Shown here one piece after another: positions 18,501 through 29,988 of a stretch of DNA of 41,367 nt. Within the stretch, counting starts at the first letter, position 1. Each line of letters opens with the position of its first letter. Location of the stretch: positions 1 through 41,367 of the forward strand of contig JACRCW010000012.1 of NCBI GenBank assembly GCA_016218805.1, written 5' to 3'. The translations under genes and the position numbers were made by a program. Origin of the DNA: Deltaproteobacteria bacterium (GTDB lineage: Bacteria > Myxococcota > JACRCW01). The notes beneath the pieces are model-generated. The model had not been told where the DNA came from. It searched no databases and saw nothing but the letters and a program-made list of their open reading frames with translations.

Positions 18501-19709
18501 ATGCGCCTGCTGCTTTCCGCCACCGCCGTGCTGGTTGCCTCCACGCTTGCCCGGGCCGGCGGCCCGCCGCCCCGGCTGACGCAGCCAGGCTGGCTCCCCG
18601 CCAACGCGCGCGCGCTGGAGCGCCTCATCGCGGAGCGCGGCAGGAGCTCAGCCACGTGGGACGCGCACCACCGGCCGGTGGCGACGTTTGACTGGGACAA
18701 CACCATGATGCGCCAGGACGTGGGGGACCTGATGCTGGCCGACGCGCTCCGACGGGGGACGCTGCGGGCGCCCCCTGGCGGGCAGTGGTCCGCGGTGTAC
18801 GCAGCGCTGTCCGCTGCGGCGCAGCAGTCCCTGGCGCGCGCGTGCGGGGCCGCCGCCGAGCGCGATGGGCGGCTGCGCACGGACAAGGTGCCCGCGTGCG
18901 CGGATGAGATCCTGGCGGTGGCGCTGGACGGGCGCACCCGCGGCGGGGAGCCCGCGTACGCCACGCCGGATACGGACGCGCTGCACCACCCGTACGCGTT
19001 CTCCGCCAAGGTGTTCTGGGGCCAGCGTCACGCGGACGTCCGCGCGCAGGCGGCCGCGGCCCACCGCGCGGCGGAAAACGCGCCGGTGGGCGCCACCATG
19101 AAGGTGGGCAGCCGGGAGGCGCCGGCGTGGGTGCGCATCTACCCCGCCATGCGCGAGCTGGTGGCGGTGCTGCAGGCGGAGGGTTTTGACGTGTGGATTG
19201 TGAGCGCGTCCCTGCAGGCGGCGGTGGAGGCGGTGGCCGCGGACGTGGGTATTGCTGCGGACCACGTGGTGGGCGTGCGGCTGCAGGCGGAGCGCGACGG
19301 ACGCCTGCTCCCGCGCCTGGAGAGCTGCGGTGGCGCCGTGGACGCGGTGATGACGTGGGGCACCGGCAAGCGCTGCCACATCCAGCGCGCCATCCTGGGC
19401 GCTCCGCCGGCCATGCAGCTGCAACCGTCGGCGGGTGCGCAGCGGGTGGCGCTGGCCGCCGGAGACACGGATGGCGACGTGGCCATGCTGCAGGACGCGG
19501 AGCTGCGCCTGGTCATCAACCGGCAGAAGCCGGCGGTGCTGTGCCGCGCGCTGGCCAACCGGGATGGGCGCTGGCTGGTGCAGCCCATGTTCCTGGACCC
19601 GCTTCCGCCCCGGGCCGAGCCGTACGCGTGCGCGGGCGTGCCGGACGCCGACGGGAAGCCGCTGCCGGACGTGGCCGAGGTGGTGGAGCCGCAGCGGCGC
19701 GTGGAGTAG
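18501..19709 (+). CDS. secreted HAD-superfamily hydrolase
   Basis: Signal peptide, FDWDNT motif I, IVSAS motif II, AGDTDGD motif IV. Confidence 0.85.
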   Translation: MRLLLSATAVLVASTLARAGGPPPRLTQPGWLPANARALERLIAERGRSSATWDAHHRPVATFDWDNTMMRQDVGDLMLADALRRGTLRAPPGGQWSAVYAALSAAAQQSLARACGAAAERDGRLRTDKVPACADEILAVALDGRTRGGEPAYATPDTDALHHPYAFSAKVFWGQRHADVRAQAAAAHRAAENAPVGATMKVGSREAPAWVRIYPAMRELVAVLQAEGFDVWIVSASLQAAVEAVAADVGIAADHVVGVRLQAERDGRLLPRLESCGGAVDAVMTWGTGKRCHIQRAILGAPPAMQLQPSAGAQRVALAAGDTDGDVAMLQDAELRLVINRQKPAVLCRALANRDGRWLVQPMFLDPLPPRAEPYACAGVPDADGKPLPDVAEVVEPQRRVE

Positions 19710-19737
19710 CGTGAGCAGAGCGACGGAGGTGCAGCGC

Positions 19738-20436
19738 ATGACGAGCGGGTCGGGCAGCCTGAAGCCGAGGGACGGTGCGCGGATTGACCTGCGGCTCCAC
19801 GTCAGCTGGAGCGCCGGGTCGCTGCGCGGCGTGGCCGAGGCGTCCGACGTCTCCCCGCAGGGCCTGCGCATTGAGACGGACGTGGCACTGGACAAGGGCG
19901 CGCGCGTGGCGCTCAGCGTTGACACCGGGGAAGGCAAGCCGGCGGAGACGCAGGCTGAGGTGGTGTGGTGCCGCACGCACCAGACGCCCACCGGCCGCAC
20001 CGTGCATGACGTGGGGCTGCAGCTGGCCACGGGCTGGTCGCATGACATGGGGAAGCTGGGCGCGGCGCTCAGCACGCTGTTCGCGCTGCAGGCGGAGAGT
20101 GATGCACGCATCCCCACGGCGCTGCCCGCGCGCCTGCCGGACGGGACGGGCGTGGAGCTGGTGGAGATCCAGATGGGCGTGCTGCGCTTCACCGGCGCGG
20201 AGGGGACCGCGCGCAAGGTGGACCGCGGCGCGGCCATGACGGTGGAGTTTGACGTTGAGGGGAGCACGCACCGCTGGCAGGGACGCGTGACCTGGCTGGC
20301 GGAGGGCGCCGGCGAGGGCGAGCGCGGGGCGGGGTTTGGCCTCACGCTGTCCGGGCTGGATGGCAACGCCAAGGCGCTGCTGGAACGCATCCGCCGGGGG
20401 CAGGCGCGCCCGGGTCCGATCCGCCTGTCCGCCTGA
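19738..20436 (+). CDS. PilZ-domain protein (tandem, second domain degenerate)
   Basis: GGAGGT RBS, RDGAR (RxxxR) and DVSPQG (DxSxxG) c-di-GMP motifs, AEVVW, and a second GRVTW...GFGL module. Confidence 0.8.
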   Translation: MTSGSGSLKPRDGARIDLRLHVSWSAGSLRGVAEASDVSPQGLRIETDVALDKGARVALSVDTGEGKPAETQAEVVWCRTHQTPTGRTVHDVGLQLATGWSHDMGKLGAALSTLFALQAESDARIPTALPARLPDGTGVELVEIQMGVLRFTGAEGTARKVDRGAAMTVEFDVEGSTHRWQGRVTWLAEGAGEGERGAGFGLTLSGLDGNAKALLERIRRGQARPGPIRLSA

Positions 20437-20511
20437 CGGCAACCGTTACAAGCGATCCAGCAGAACTCGCGGCGCGCCCCGGTGCGCGCAGGGGTGGAGG
20501 CCCCGCAGCCC

Positions 20512-21258
20512 ATGGGCGTGCTTGACGGCAAGACCGTGTTTGTGGCGGGCGGTGCCGGCAACATTGGCGGCGCGCTGGTGCGTGGGGCGCTGCGCGCGGG
20601 GGCGGCCCGGGTGCTGACGTGCAGCCGTGACACCGCGCGGTTTGAGCGGTTGCGCCGCTTTGTGGCGGACGCGGGCTTCATGGACGGGGACCGGCTGGTC
20701 ACCTTGCAGGGGGACCTGGGCAGCATGGAGGGAGCGCGCGCGGTGTTTGACGCGGTGGTGGCGCAGGCGGGCGTGCCGGACACGGTGATGGCGTCGTTGG
20801 GCGGGGGGATGGCGCCGGCCACGCTGCTGGGGACGCCGGCGGCCACCTGGTACGGCGTGCTGCGCTCCAACCTCTCCAGCCACTTTCATGCGGCGCAGAC
20901 CTTCCTGCCGGCCATGGTGGAGCGCCGCAGCGGCGCGTACCTGGTGGTGTGCGGGCACGCCGCGGACACGCCCACGCCGGAGGGCGGCGCGGTGGGTGCG
21001 GCGTCCGCTGCGGTGTTGATGCTGGCGCGCACGCTGCACGTGGAGAACCGGCGCTCCGGCGTGCGCGTGCGGCCGGTGGTGTTGATCACCGCACCGGAGT
21101 TGTGGGCCACCCTGCAGGGCACGCCGGGCGCCCACCGCGGGGATGACGTGGGCGAGTTCATGGCGCGCCTGGGCGGGGGGGATGATGCCGGGATGGATGG
21201 CGAGGTCATCCGCTATGTCACCGACTGGGCGAGCGCCAACGCGATGCTGCGCGCCTGA
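20512..21258 (+). CDS. SDR-family oxidoreductase (atypical)
   Basis: GKTVFVAGGAGNIG Rossmann motif. No YxxxK at the expected position. Confidence 0.8.
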   Translation: MGVLDGKTVFVAGGAGNIGGALVRGALRAGAARVLTCSRDTARFERLRRFVADAGFMDGDRLVTLQGDLGSMEGARAVFDAVVAQAGVPDTVMASLGGGMAPATLLGTPAATWYGVLRSNLSSHFHAAQTFLPAMVERRSGAYLVVCGHAADTPTPEGGAVGAASAAVLMLARTLHVENRRSGVRVRPVVLITAPELWATLQGTPGAHRGDDVGEFMARLGGGDDAGMDGEVIRYVTDWASANAMLRA

Positions 21259-21364
21259 ACCCCGGCCCGCGCACCGGCGGTGGGTGACGCCCTGCTTTGC
21301 CGTCCTTGACAGCACGCGAACGGCGCTGCAGATGGCCGCGTTCCAAATTCCAAGCGGAGCATCC

Positions 21365-22876
21365 ATGCGCGTTGTCCCACTCCTTGTGGTGGTCACCCTT
21401 GCGGCCTGCGCCCCCGGCGCGGACGGGGCCGGTCACGGAGGCACCTCCTCGTCCTCCGGCGCCGCCACCGGTTCGTCGTCCTCATCATCATCGTCGTCGT
21501 CGGGCAGCGCCGTGGCGCCGCCCCAACTGCCTGCCCTGCTCCACACCACGGTGGCGCAAGACGTCAACCCCGACCCGCAGGTGGTGGAGGTGGACCTGGT
21601 GGCGTCCGTGGTGGAGCACGCCTTTGCGGACGGCCGCCTGACGCAGGCGTACGCCTACAACGGGCTCATTCCCGGGCCAACGCTGCAACTGCAGCGCGGC
21701 CAGCGGCTGCTGGTGCATTTCACCAACCAACTGCCGGAACCCACCACGATTCACTGGCACGGTCTGCGGATTCCCGACACGATGGACGGCACACCCATGA
21801 CGCAGACGCCGGTGCCGCCGGGCGGGTCCTTCACGTATGACTTCACGCCGCCGGACGCCGGCAACTTCTGGTACCACCCGCATTACAACACGCCGCAGCA
21901 GATGGAACGCGGCCTGATGGGTGCCGTCGTCGTGCACGAGGACCCCGCGGTGGCATTTGACGCCGAGCGCATCATCTTCACGGATGACGTGCGGCTGGAG
22001 GCGGACGGGAGCCTGGCGCCGTTCCAGCAGTCCGGGATGGACGTCATGCACGGGCGCGGCGGCAACGTGCTGCTGCTCAATGGTGCGGAAGCGCCGCGGG
22101 CGCCGGTGACCGTCACGCGGGGCACGCAGGAGCGCTGGCGCGTGTTCAACGGGGCCAACGCGCGGACCATGTCGCTGTCGGTGGCGGGCGCCACCTTCGC
22201 GGTGTTTGGCACGGATGGCGGTCCGCTGCCGCGGCCACGCGTCCGCGCGCGCCTCTCCGTGGCGGCGGGCGAACGCTACGACGTGCTGGTGTACTTTGAC
22301 GGAGCGCCGGGAAGCACCGCGGCGCTGCTGAGCCACGTGCTGGTGCTGGACGGCAACGGCAACGTGGTGGAGGAGGAGCGGGTGCTGCAGGAGTTCCAGG
22401 TGGCCACCGCGCCGGACGCCCCGCTGCGGGACATTGTGCTGCCGTCCTCCGCGGAGGTGACCCTGCCACCGGAGGGCCCGCCGGACCGCACCCTGGTCAT
22501 CTCCGGGTACAACGACGGGACTGTGCACTTCACCATCAACGGCAGGTCGTTCCCTGACGAGGAGGCGTGGGAGACCACGCAGGGCACCACGGCGCAGGTG
22601 CGCATTGACAACCAGCTTGGCATGGAGCACCCGTTCCACTTCCACGGGCAGTTCTTCCGCGTGCTGGCACCTGCCGCCCGGGTGCGGTCCGACCCCGGGG
22701 TGAAGGACACCGTGCTGGTGGCCGGCGGCGAAACCGTCACGGTCCTGGTGGACTTCAGCAACCCCGGCCATTGGATGTACCACTGCCACATCCTGGAACA
22801 CGCGGAGGCGGGCATGGGGGCGCACGTGACGGTGCACCCGGACGGGTCCGGTCACGCGCCCGGCACCGGGCATTGA
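21365..22876 (+). CDS. multicopper oxidase lipoprotein
   Basis: Lipobox LAAC and the four copper motifs HWHG, WYHPH, HPFHFHG, HCHILEH...M. Confidence 0.95.
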   Translation: MRVVPLLVVVTLAACAPGADGAGHGGTSSSSGAATGSSSSSSSSSSGSAVAPPQLPALLHTTVAQDVNPDPQVVEVDLVASVVEHAFADGRLTQAYAYNGLIPGPTLQLQRGQRLLVHFTNQLPEPTTIHWHGLRIPDTMDGTPMTQTPVPPGGSFTYDFTPPDAGNFWYHPHYNTPQQMERGLMGAVVVHEDPAVAFDAERIIFTDDVRLEADGSLAPFQQSGMDVMHGRGGNVLLLNGAEAPRAPVTVTRGTQERWRVFNGANARTMSLSVAGATFAVFGTDGGPLPRPRVRARLSVAAGERYDVLVYFDGAPGSTAALLSHVLVLDGNGNVVEEERVLQEFQVATAPDAPLRDIVLPSSAEVTLPPEGPPDRTLVISGYNDGTVHFTINGRSFPDEEAWETTQGTTAQVRIDNQLGMEHPFHFHGQFFRVLAPAARVRSDPGVKDTVLVAGGETVTVLVDFSNPGHWMYHCHILEHAEAGMGAHVTVHPDGSGHAPGTGH

Positions 22877-22945
22877 CCGCGGTCCCACCGCACCCGCGCA
22901 CGGTCCGGCCCTGCCCCCGTCAGGCGCTTCTGCTATGTGCGGGCC

Positions 22946-24778
22946 ATGACGACGCTGCCCCCGTTCCTGGAGACCCTGGCCCGCGGCCCCATGGTGTGCG
23001 ACGGCGCCATGGGCACCTACCTGTACGAGAAGGGCGTGTTCATCAACCGCTCGTTTGATGAGCTGTGCCTCAGCGCGCCGGAGACGGTGACCAGCGTGCA
23101 CCGGGACTACCTGGACGCGGGCGCGGACATCCTGGAGACCAACACGTACGGCGCTTCACGCGTGGCGCTGCGGCGCTACGGGCTGGAGGACAAGGCGGAC
23201 GCCATCAACCGCGCCGCGGTCACGTTGTGCCGCAAGGTGGCCGGTACGCGCGCGTACGTGGCGGGCTCCATGGGTCCCAGCTACCTGGACGCGGAGGCCA
23301 TGATCTCTGACACCACGCGCGGGCAGGTGCGTGACGCGTACGCTGCGCAGGCCACGGCGCTGTGCGAAGCGGGCGCGGACCTGTTGATGTTTGAAACGTT
23401 TGCGCTGGTGGCGGAACTGGAACTGGCGCTGGAGGCCACGCGGCACCTGCACATTCCCAAGGTGGCCCAGCTGCGGTTTGAGGAGAGCGGGCTGGCGCGG
23501 CAGGGCGCCACGCCGCGCCAGGTGGCCGAGCGGCTGCGCGCCGCAGGCGCCGACGTGGTGGGCGCCAACTGCAACGGCGGCCCGGAGATGCTGTTGCCGG
23601 TCATTGAGGCCATGGTGGGCGCGGGCGCACCGGTGTCCGTGCAGCCCAACGCCGGTCACCCGCGCGTGATTGAGGGACGCTACATGTACCTGTCCACGCC
23701 GGAGTACTTTGGCGTGTACGCGCGGCGCTTCCTCAAGGCGGGCGCCCGCATTGTGGGCGGGTGCTGCGGGACCACGCCGGCGCACATCAAGCGGGTGGCC
23801 GCCGCGGTGCGGATGATGAGCGGCGGGCGCGTGGAAGTGCGCGCGCGGCAGGACGTGGAGAGCGGGCCCATCGGGCGGCCGGAGACGGAGTTCGCGGGGC
23901 GCAGCCCGTTTGCGGCAAAGCTTGGGAAGAAGTTTGTGGTGTGTGTGGAGGTCTCGCCGCCATCCGGACTGGACACGGAGAAGACCGAGGACGCGGTGCG
24001 GATGCTGAAGTCCGCGGGCGTGGATGCCATCAACATCCCGGACGGGCCGCGCGCCACGGTGAAGATGAGCAACCTGCTGTTCGCTGCGCACGTGCAGGAG
24101 AAGCTGGGGGTGGAGACGCTCACGCACTTCTGCTGCCGGGACCGCAACCTGCTGGGCCTGGTGACCGACGCGCTGGGCGCGCACTTCGCGGGGCTGCGCA
24201 ACCTTGTGGTCATCACGGGGGACCCGCCCAAGACGGGTGATTTCCCGGACGCCACGGCGGTGTTTGACCTGGACAGCGTGGGGCTGCTGCAACTGCTCAA
24301 CCGCATGAACCGCGGCATTGATCCCGGCGGCAAGGAGATGAAACAGCAGACCTCGTTCGTGCTGGCCACCGGCGCTGAGCCCGCCGCCCTGGACTACGAC
24401 CGCGAGGTGACGCGGTTGTCCCTCAAGAAGGAGGCCGGCGCGCACCTGGTGATGACGCAGCCGGTGTATGACCCGGAGGTGCTGCTCAAGTTCCTGGGGG
24501 ACATCCGCGGGCTGAACCTGCCGGTGCTGGTGGGGATCCTGCCGCTGGCGTCTTCCCGCAACGCGGAGTTCCTGCACCGCGAAGTACCTGGCATGCAGGT
24601 GCCGGACGCCGTGCGCGAGCGCATGCGCAAGGCGGGGGACGCGGAGGCGGGCCGGCGCGAGGGCGTGCGCATGGCGCAGGAGACGCTGCGCGCGGTGCAG
24701 GCGCACGTGCAGGGCGCCTACATCATGCCGCCGCTGGGCCGGTACCGGATGGCGCTGGACGTGCTGGAGGGCCTGTGA
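22946..24778 (+). CDS. yitJ: bifunctional homocysteine S-methyltransferase / methylenetetrahydrofolate reductase
   Basis: DGAMGT, GANC, PNAG and GGCCGTTP in the N-half. MetF-like C-half with CRDRN, ITGDP, TQPVYD and NAEFLH.EVPG. Confidence 0.92.
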   Translation: MTTLPPFLETLARGPMVCDGAMGTYLYEKGVFINRSFDELCLSAPETVTSVHRDYLDAGADILETNTYGASRVALRRYGLEDKADAINRAAVTLCRKVAGTRAYVAGSMGPSYLDAEAMISDTTRGQVRDAYAAQATALCEAGADLLMFETFALVAELELALEATRHLHIPKVAQLRFEESGLARQGATPRQVAERLRAAGADVVGANCNGGPEMLLPVIEAMVGAGAPVSVQPNAGHPRVIEGRYMYLSTPEYFGVYARRFLKAGARIVGGCCGTTPAHIKRVAAAVRMMSGGRVEVRARQDVESGPIGRPETEFAGRSPFAAKLGKKFVVCVEVSPPSGLDTEKTEDAVRMLKSAGVDAINIPDGPRATVKMSNLLFAAHVQEKLGVETLTHFCCRDRNLLGLVTDALGAHFAGLRNLVVITGDPPKTGDFPDATAVFDLDSVGLLQLLNRMNRGIDPGGKEMKQQTSFVLATGAEPAALDYDREVTRLSLKKEAGAHLVMTQPVYDPEVLLKFLGDIRGLNLPVLVGILPLASSRNAEFLHREVPGMQVPDAVRERMRKAGDAEAGRREGVRMAQETLRAVQAHVQGAYIMPPLGRYRMALDVLEGL

Positions 24779-25353
24779 AGGGCCCGGTGTACTGGCACCC
24801 GTGGCTGTACCAATCCGCCATGCGCCTGCTGTACGGCGCGCACGGCTACCATGAGCGCTACCGCGTGGTGGCCGCGCAGGTGCCGCCGGGTTGTGACGTG
24901 GTGGACCTGTGCGCGGGCGACGGGCGGCTGCGGAGCTACCTGCCGCCGGGCACGCGGTACCTCGCGGTGGACCAGAACCCGTTGCTGCTGCGCCCGCTGC
25001 AGGCGTCCGGCGTGCCCACGCTGGTGGCCAACCTGCGGGAGTCCGTCCCGGCGGGCGGCTGCGTGGTGATGATGGCGTCGCTCTACCATTTCATGCCCCA
25101 GCAGGCGGACCTGGTGCGGCGGTGCCTGGCCGCAGCGGGACGGCGCTTCATCCTCACCGAGCCGGTGGAGAACGTGACCGCGTCCCGGTCCGGGATCATC
25201 TCGCGCCTGTCTGCCTGGGCGTCCGACCCGGGCGATGGGACCAGCGGCCAGCGGATGGTGGCGGCGGACCTGGAGCGCCTGCTGGCGGACGTGCCGGGCG
25301 GGCGCGTGGTGCACCGGGCGCGGGAGTGGGTGCTGACCTGGGACCGCGGTTGA
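24775..25353 (+). CDS. class I SAM-dependent methyltransferase
   Basis: VVDLCAGDG motif I. The GTG start overlaps the upstream stop (GTGA). Confidence 0.75.
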   Translation: MKGPVYWHPWLYQSAMRLLYGAHGYHERYRVVAAQVPPGCDVVDLCAGDGRLRSYLPPGTRYLAVDQNPLLLRPLQASGVPTLVANLRESVPAGGCVVMMASLYHFMPQQADLVRRCLAAAGRRFILTEPVENVTASRSGIISRLSAWASDPGDGTSGQRMVAADLERLLADVPGGRVVHRAREWVLTWDRG

Positions 25354-25364
25354 CCCGCCCGTTC

Positions 25365-25390
25365 CATCCGTCTATCCGGATATACGGATG
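25365..25390. promoter_or_regulatory. near-perfect 26-bp palindrome, likely operator of the ArsR-methyltransferase regulator
   Basis: CATCCGTCTATCCGGATATACGGATG has one mismatched pair, contains two overlapping ATCCG-N6-CGGAT sites and overlaps the start codon. TTGACC at 25350. Confidence 0.75.
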
Positions 25391-26326
25391 ACGGACCTGG
25401 CCTCCTCCGTGGACCTGCTGGGCGCGTTGGCAGACCCCACGCGCATGCGCCTGCTGTGCCTGCTCACGGAGCATGAACTCACGGTGGCCGAACTGGTGGA
25501 CGTCACGCGGGCCACGCAGTCACGCGTGTCCGCGCACCTGTCACGGCTGCGGGAGGCCGGCCTGGCCCAGGACCGCCGTGACGGGACCTCCACGTGCTGG
25601 CGCGCGGACCCGGAGCGGTTCCACGCGGGCGCCCGGACGTTGTGGGCCGCGCTGCGGCCGTCGCTGGCAGACGCGGCGCTGGCCGGTGACCGTGAGCGCT
25701 GCCGCGCGGTGCTGCGCGCCCACCGCGCGGCGCCCGGTTCCCTGGAGTCCTGGGCGGGTGAGTTGGAAAAGCACTATTCGCCGGGCCGGACGTGGGAGGC
25801 GCTGGCGCGCGCGCTCACCGCGCTGGTGAGCCTGGGTGACGTGCTGGACGCCGGCGGCGGTGACGGCGCGGTGGCACAGATGCTGGCGCCGCGCGCGCGG
25901 ACGCTCACGCTGCTGGACCGCAGTGACGCCATGGTGGCCGCGGCCGCGCGGCGGCTGCACGCGCTGGCACACGTCCGCGCCGTCCCCGGTGACGTGGAGC
26001 AGATGCCGCTGCCGGACCGCGCGTTTGACCAGGTGCTGCTGCTCAACGTGCTCACGGACGTGGCGCACCCGGACCGCGCACTGCGCGAGTGCGCCCGCGT
26101 CCTCCGCCCCGGCGGGCGCCTCCTCGTGGTCACGCTGGCTGCGCACGCACACCGCGCGGTGGCCGCGGCGTACGGGCACACCCATCCGGGGTTCCGTCCC
26201 GCGGCGCTGGCGCGCTGGCTCCGCGGCGCGCGGCTCACCGTGGACAGCTGCGCGGTCACCTCACGTGAGACGCGCGCTCCCCGCTTTGAAGTACTTACCG
26301 CCGTGGCACACCGAGGTTCCCGATGA
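25388..26326 (+). CDS. ArsR-HTH plus SAM-methyltransferase fusion regulator (SahR/SamR-like)
   Basis: [10 protein letters not shown]...ELTVAEL...[38 protein letters not shown]. Directly upstream of metH. Confidence 0.9.
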   Translation: MTDLASSVDLLGALADPTRMRLLCLLTEHELTVAELVDVTRATQSRVSAHLSRLREAGLAQDRRDGTSTCWRADPERFHAGARTLWAALRPSLADAALAGDRERCRAVLRAHRAAPGSLESWAGELEKHYSPGRTWEALARALTALVSLGDVLDAGGGDGAVAQMLAPRARTLTLLDRSDAMVAAAARRLHALAHVRAVPGDVEQMPLPDRAFDQVLLLNVLTDVAHPDRALRECARVLRPGGRLLVVTLAAHAHRAVAAAYGHTHPGFRPAALARWLRGARLTVDSCAVTSRETRAPRFEVLTAVAHRGSR

Positions 26327-29300
26327 ACACGCTTGAACAGCTCCTTGAGCAGCGCATCCTTGTCCTGGACGGCGCCATGGGCACCATGATCCAGCGGCAC
26401 CGGCTGGGCGAGGCGGACTACCGGGCCGCGCGCTTCCACGCGCACGCACGGGACCTCAAGGGCAACAGCGACGTCCTGGTCCTCACCCGGCCCGACGTCA
26501 TCCGCTCCATCCACCGGGAATACCTGGACGCGGGTGCGGACATCATTGAGACCAACACATTCGGCGCCAACGCCATTTCGCAGGCGGACTATGACCTGGC
26601 GTCGCTTTCCTACGAGATGAACGTGGAGGCGGCGCGCCTGGCGCGCGCGGAGGCGGACGCGGCAAGTGCGCGGGACCCGCAGCGGCGCCGGTTTGTGGCC
26701 GGTTCCATAGGGCCCACCAACCGCACGCTCTCCATCTCCCCGGACGTGAATGACCCCGCCCGGCGCGCGGTCACCTTTGACCAGGTTTGCAGCGCTTACG
26801 CGGACCAGGTCCGCGGGCTGCTGGACGGCGGCGTGGACGCGCTGCTGGCGGAGACCGTGTTTGACACGCTGAACCTCAAGGCGTGCATTGTGGCCATGGA
26901 GACGGTGTTCTCCGAGCGCGGCCGCCGCCTTCCGGTGATGTTGTCCGTCACCATCACGGACAAGAGCGGGCGCACGCTGTCCGGCCAGACGCTGGAGGCG
27001 TTCTGGGTCAGCGTGGAGCACGCGCGCCCGCTGTCGGTGGGTATCAACTGCGCGCTGGGCGGCCGCGAAATGCGCCCATTTGTGGAGGAACTCAACGCCA
27101 TTGCGCCCGCGGTGTTTGTGTCCTGCTACCCCAACGCGGGCCTGCCCAACCCGCTGGCGGACGGCGGTTACGACGAGAAACCGGACGCCACCGGTGGCCT
27201 GCTGGGCGAGTTTGCGCGCAACCGCTGGGTCAACGTGGTGGGCGGGTGCTGCGGGACCACGCCCGCGCACATCCGCGCGGTGGCGCGCGCGGTGGAGGGC
27301 GTACCGCCGCGCCGCCGCCACCTGGATGCGCCGCGGGCCACCCGGTACGCCGGCCTGGAAGTGCTCACGCTGCGGCCGGACAGCAACTTCATCATGGTGG
27401 GCGAGCGCACCAACATCACTGGCTCCGCGAAGTTCGCCGAAATGGTGCGCAAGCAGGACTATGCCGCCGCGCTGGCGGTGGGCATGGAGCAGGTGCGCAA
27501 CGGCGCCAACGTCATTGACGTCAACATGGACGAGGGGATGGTGGACGGCGTTGCCGCAATGACCACATTCCTCAACCTGGCGGCCACCGAGCCCGAGTTC
27601 GCGCGCGTCCCGGTGATGATCGACAGCTCGCGCTGGTCCGTGCTGCAGGCGGGACTGAAGTGCGTGCAGGGCAAGCCCATTGTGAACTCCATCAGCCTCA
27701 AGGAGGGCGAGGCGGAGTTCCTGTCCCGCGCGCGCACGGTGCGGACCTACGGCGGCGCGGTGATCGTGATGGCGTTTGATGAACAGGGCCAGGCGGATAC
27801 GACGGAGCGCAAGGTGGCCATCTGCCAGCGCGCCTACCGCCTGCTCACCGAGTCCGCGGGCTTCCCGCCTGAGGACATTGTGTTTGACCCGAACATCCTC
27901 GCGGTGGCGACGGGAATTGACGAGCACAACGGGTTTGCCCAGAGCTACCTGGAGGCGGTGCGCATCCTGAAGGGGACCTGTCCCGGCGCCAAGATCTCCG
28001 GCGGTGTCAGCAACCTCTCGTTCTCGTTCCGGGGCAACACCGCGGTGCGCGAGGCCATGCACGCCGCGTTCCTGTTCCACGCCATCCGCGCGGGGATGGA
28101 CATGGGAATTGTCAACGCGGGCCAGCTGGTGGTGTACGAGGACATTGAGCCCGAGCTGCGCACGCGCGTGGAGGACGTGCTGTTCAACCGCCGGCCTGAC
28201 GCCACCGAGCGCCTGGTTGAGATTGCCGAGCGGGTGAAGGGCTCCGGCAAGAAGAAGGAGGCGGACGAAGCGTGGCGCAGCGGCAGCGTGGAGGAGCGGC
28301 TGCGGCACGCGCTGGTGCACGGGGTGGTGGACTTCATTGAGCGGGACGTGGAGGAGGCGCGGGTGAAGCTGGGGCGGCCACTTGACGTGATTGAGGGCCC
28401 GTTGATGGACGGCATGAAGGTGGTGGGGGACCTGTTTGGCGCGGGGAAGATGTTCCTCCCGCAGGTGGTGAAGAGCGCGCGCGTGATGAAGAAGGGCGTG
28501 GCCGTGCTCACGCCGCACCTGGAGGCCGAAAAGGCCGCGGGCGGAGGACGGTCCGCGGGCCGGCTGCTGCTGGCCACCGTCAAGGGCGACGTGCATGACA
28601 TTGGGAAGAACATTGTGTCCGTGGTGCTGGCATGCAACGGCTGGGAGATTGTGGACCTGGGCGTGATGGTGCCGTGTGACCGGATCCTTGATGAGGCGGT
28701 GGCGCAACGCGCGGACATGGTGGGGCTGTCCGGACTCATCACGCCGTCACTGGATGAGATGAGCCACGTGGCGCGGGAGATGGAGCGCCGCGGGATGAAG
28801 CTCCCGCTGCTGATTGGCGGCGCCACGACGTCACGGCAGCACACGGCGGTGAAGATTGCACCGGAGTACTCCGCGCCGGTGGCGCACGTGCTGGACGCAG
28901 GCCGCGCGGTGGGCGTGCTGGGCGCGCTGCGTGACCCGGCGCAGCGCGAGGTGTTCAACCGGGAGAACCGCGCAGAGCAGGAGGCGATGCGCGAGTTGCA
29001 CCGCGGCAGGCAGGAGCGGCCACTGGTCAGTTTGGCGGAGGCGCGCGCCAACCGGGCCAAGCTGAACTTTGATGGGGACGTGGTCCCCGTGCCGGCCCAG
29101 CTGGGCCTGCGCGTGCTGGACGACGTGCCGCTGGCCGAGATTGCGCCGTACATTGATTGGCAATTCTTCTTCACGGCGTGGGAGCTGCGCGGGCGTTTCC
29201 CGGAAATCCTGCAACACCCCGAATACGGTCACGCCGCGCGCGAGCTGCACGACCACGCCCTTGCGCTGCTGGACCGCCTGGTGCGCGAGCGGCCGGTGCG

Positions 29301-29982
29301 CGCGCGCGCCGCGTACGGCCTGTGGCCCGCCGCCGCGGACGGGGATGACGTTGTCCTGTTCCACGACAAGGAACGCGCGCGCGAGCTGTGCCGCTTCCCG
29401 GCGCTGCGGCAGCAGGCCCAGCGCACTGACGGTGAGCCCTACCGTTCGCTGGCGGACTTTGTGGGACCGCGGGACTACGTGGGCGCGTTTGCGGTCACCG
29501 CGGGCCTGGGCGTGGAACAGATGGCCCGCGCGTTCCAGGCCGCGCATGATGACTACAACGCCATCCTGCTCAAGTCCCTGGCGGACCGGCTGGCGGAGGC
29601 ACTGGCCGAAATGCTCCACCAGCGCGTGCGCCGGGAATGGGGCTACGGAACAGCGGAGTCCTACTCGCCCGCGGAGCTGGCCGACGAGAAGTTCCGCGGC
29701 ATCCGGCCGGCGTTTGGCTACCCGGCGTGCCCGGACCATTCCGAGAAGCGCACGCTGTTCCGCCTGCTGGAGGCAGAGCGCCTGGGCATGGCGCTGACCG
29801 AGAGCTGCGCGATGACCCCCGCCGCCAGCGTCAGCGGCCTGTACCTGCACCACCCGTCCGCGCGGTACTTCAACCTGGGCCGCGTGGGCCGCGACCAGGT
29901 GGAGGACTATGCGCGCCGCAAGGGCGTGCCCGTGGTTGATGTGGAGAAATGGCTGGCGCCCAACCTGGGTTACGAGCCCTGA
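26323..29982 (+). CDS. metH: cobalamin-dependent methionine synthase
   Basis: [44 protein letters not shown]12-binding [30 protein letters not shown]. Confidence 0.98.
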   Translation: MNTLEQLLEQRILVLDGAMGTMIQRHRLGEADYRAARFHAHARDLKGNSDVLVLTRPDVIRSIHREYLDAGADIIETNTFGANAISQADYDLASLSYEMNVEAARLARAEADAASARDPQRRRFVAGSIGPTNRTLSISPDVNDPARRAVTFDQVCSAYADQVRGLLDGGVDALLAETVFDTLNLKACIVAMETVFSERGRRLPVMLSVTITDKSGRTLSGQTLEAFWVSVEHARPLSVGINCALGGREMRPFVEELNAIAPAVFVSCYPNAGLPNPLADGGYDEKPDATGGLLGEFARNRWVNVVGGCCGTTPAHIRAVARAVEGVPPRRRHLDAPRATRYAGLEVLTLRPDSNFIMVGERTNITGSAKFAEMVRKQDYAAALAVGMEQVRNGANVIDVNMDEGMVDGVAAMTTFLNLAATEPEFARVPVMIDSSRWSVLQAGLKCVQGKPIVNSISLKEGEAEFLSRARTVRTYGGAVIVMAFDEQGQADTTERKVAICQRAYRLLTESAGFPPEDIVFDPNILAVATGIDEHNGFAQSYLEAVRILKGTCPGAKISGGVSNLSFSFRGNTAVREAMHAAFLFHAIRAGMDMGIVNAGQLVVYEDIEPELRTRVEDVLFNRRPDATERLVEIAERVKGSGKKKEADEAWRSGSVEERLRHALVHGVVDFIERDVEEARVKLGRPLDVIEGPLMDGMKVVGDLFGAGKMFLPQVVKSARVMKKGVAVLTPHLEAEKAAGGGRSAGRLLLATVKGDVHDIGKNIVSVVLACNGWEIVDLGVMVPCDRILDEAVAQRADMVGLSGLITPSLDEMSHVAREMERRGMKLPLLIGGATTSRQHTAVKIAPEYSAPVAHVLDAGRAVGVLGALRDPAQREVFNRENRAEQEAMRELHRGRQERPLVSLAEARANRAKLNFDGDVVPVPAQLGLRVLDDVPLAEIAPYIDWQFFFTAWELRGRFPEILQHPEYGHAARELHDHALALLDRLVRERPVRARAAYGLWPAAADGDDVVLFHDKERARELCRFPALRQQAQRTDGEPYRSLADFVGPRDYVGAFAVTAGLGVEQMARAFQAAHDDYNAILLKSLADRLAEALAEMLHQRVRREWGYGTAESYSPAELADEKFRGIRPAFGYPACPDHSEKRTLFRLLEAERLGMALTESCAMTPAASVSGLYLHHPSARYFNLGRVGRDQVEDYARRKGVPVVDVEKWLAPNLGYEP

Positions 29983-29988
29983 TCCCCG

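Noticed and set aside
18371..19009. Long extension of the DUF4159 ORF
   Set aside because: It is antisense to the HAD hydrolase. The Tat-like signal begins at 18370.
22877..22945. SAM or cobalamin riboswitch before the methionine genes
   Set aside because: The gap is only about 70 nt and has no recognisable riboswitch core.
25774..28707. 977-aa minus-strand ORF and similar long ORFs (9814-11949, 32551-35475, 18648-20870, 4157-5953)
   Set aside because: Antisense or off-frame shadows of real high-GC genes, with no recognisable motifs.
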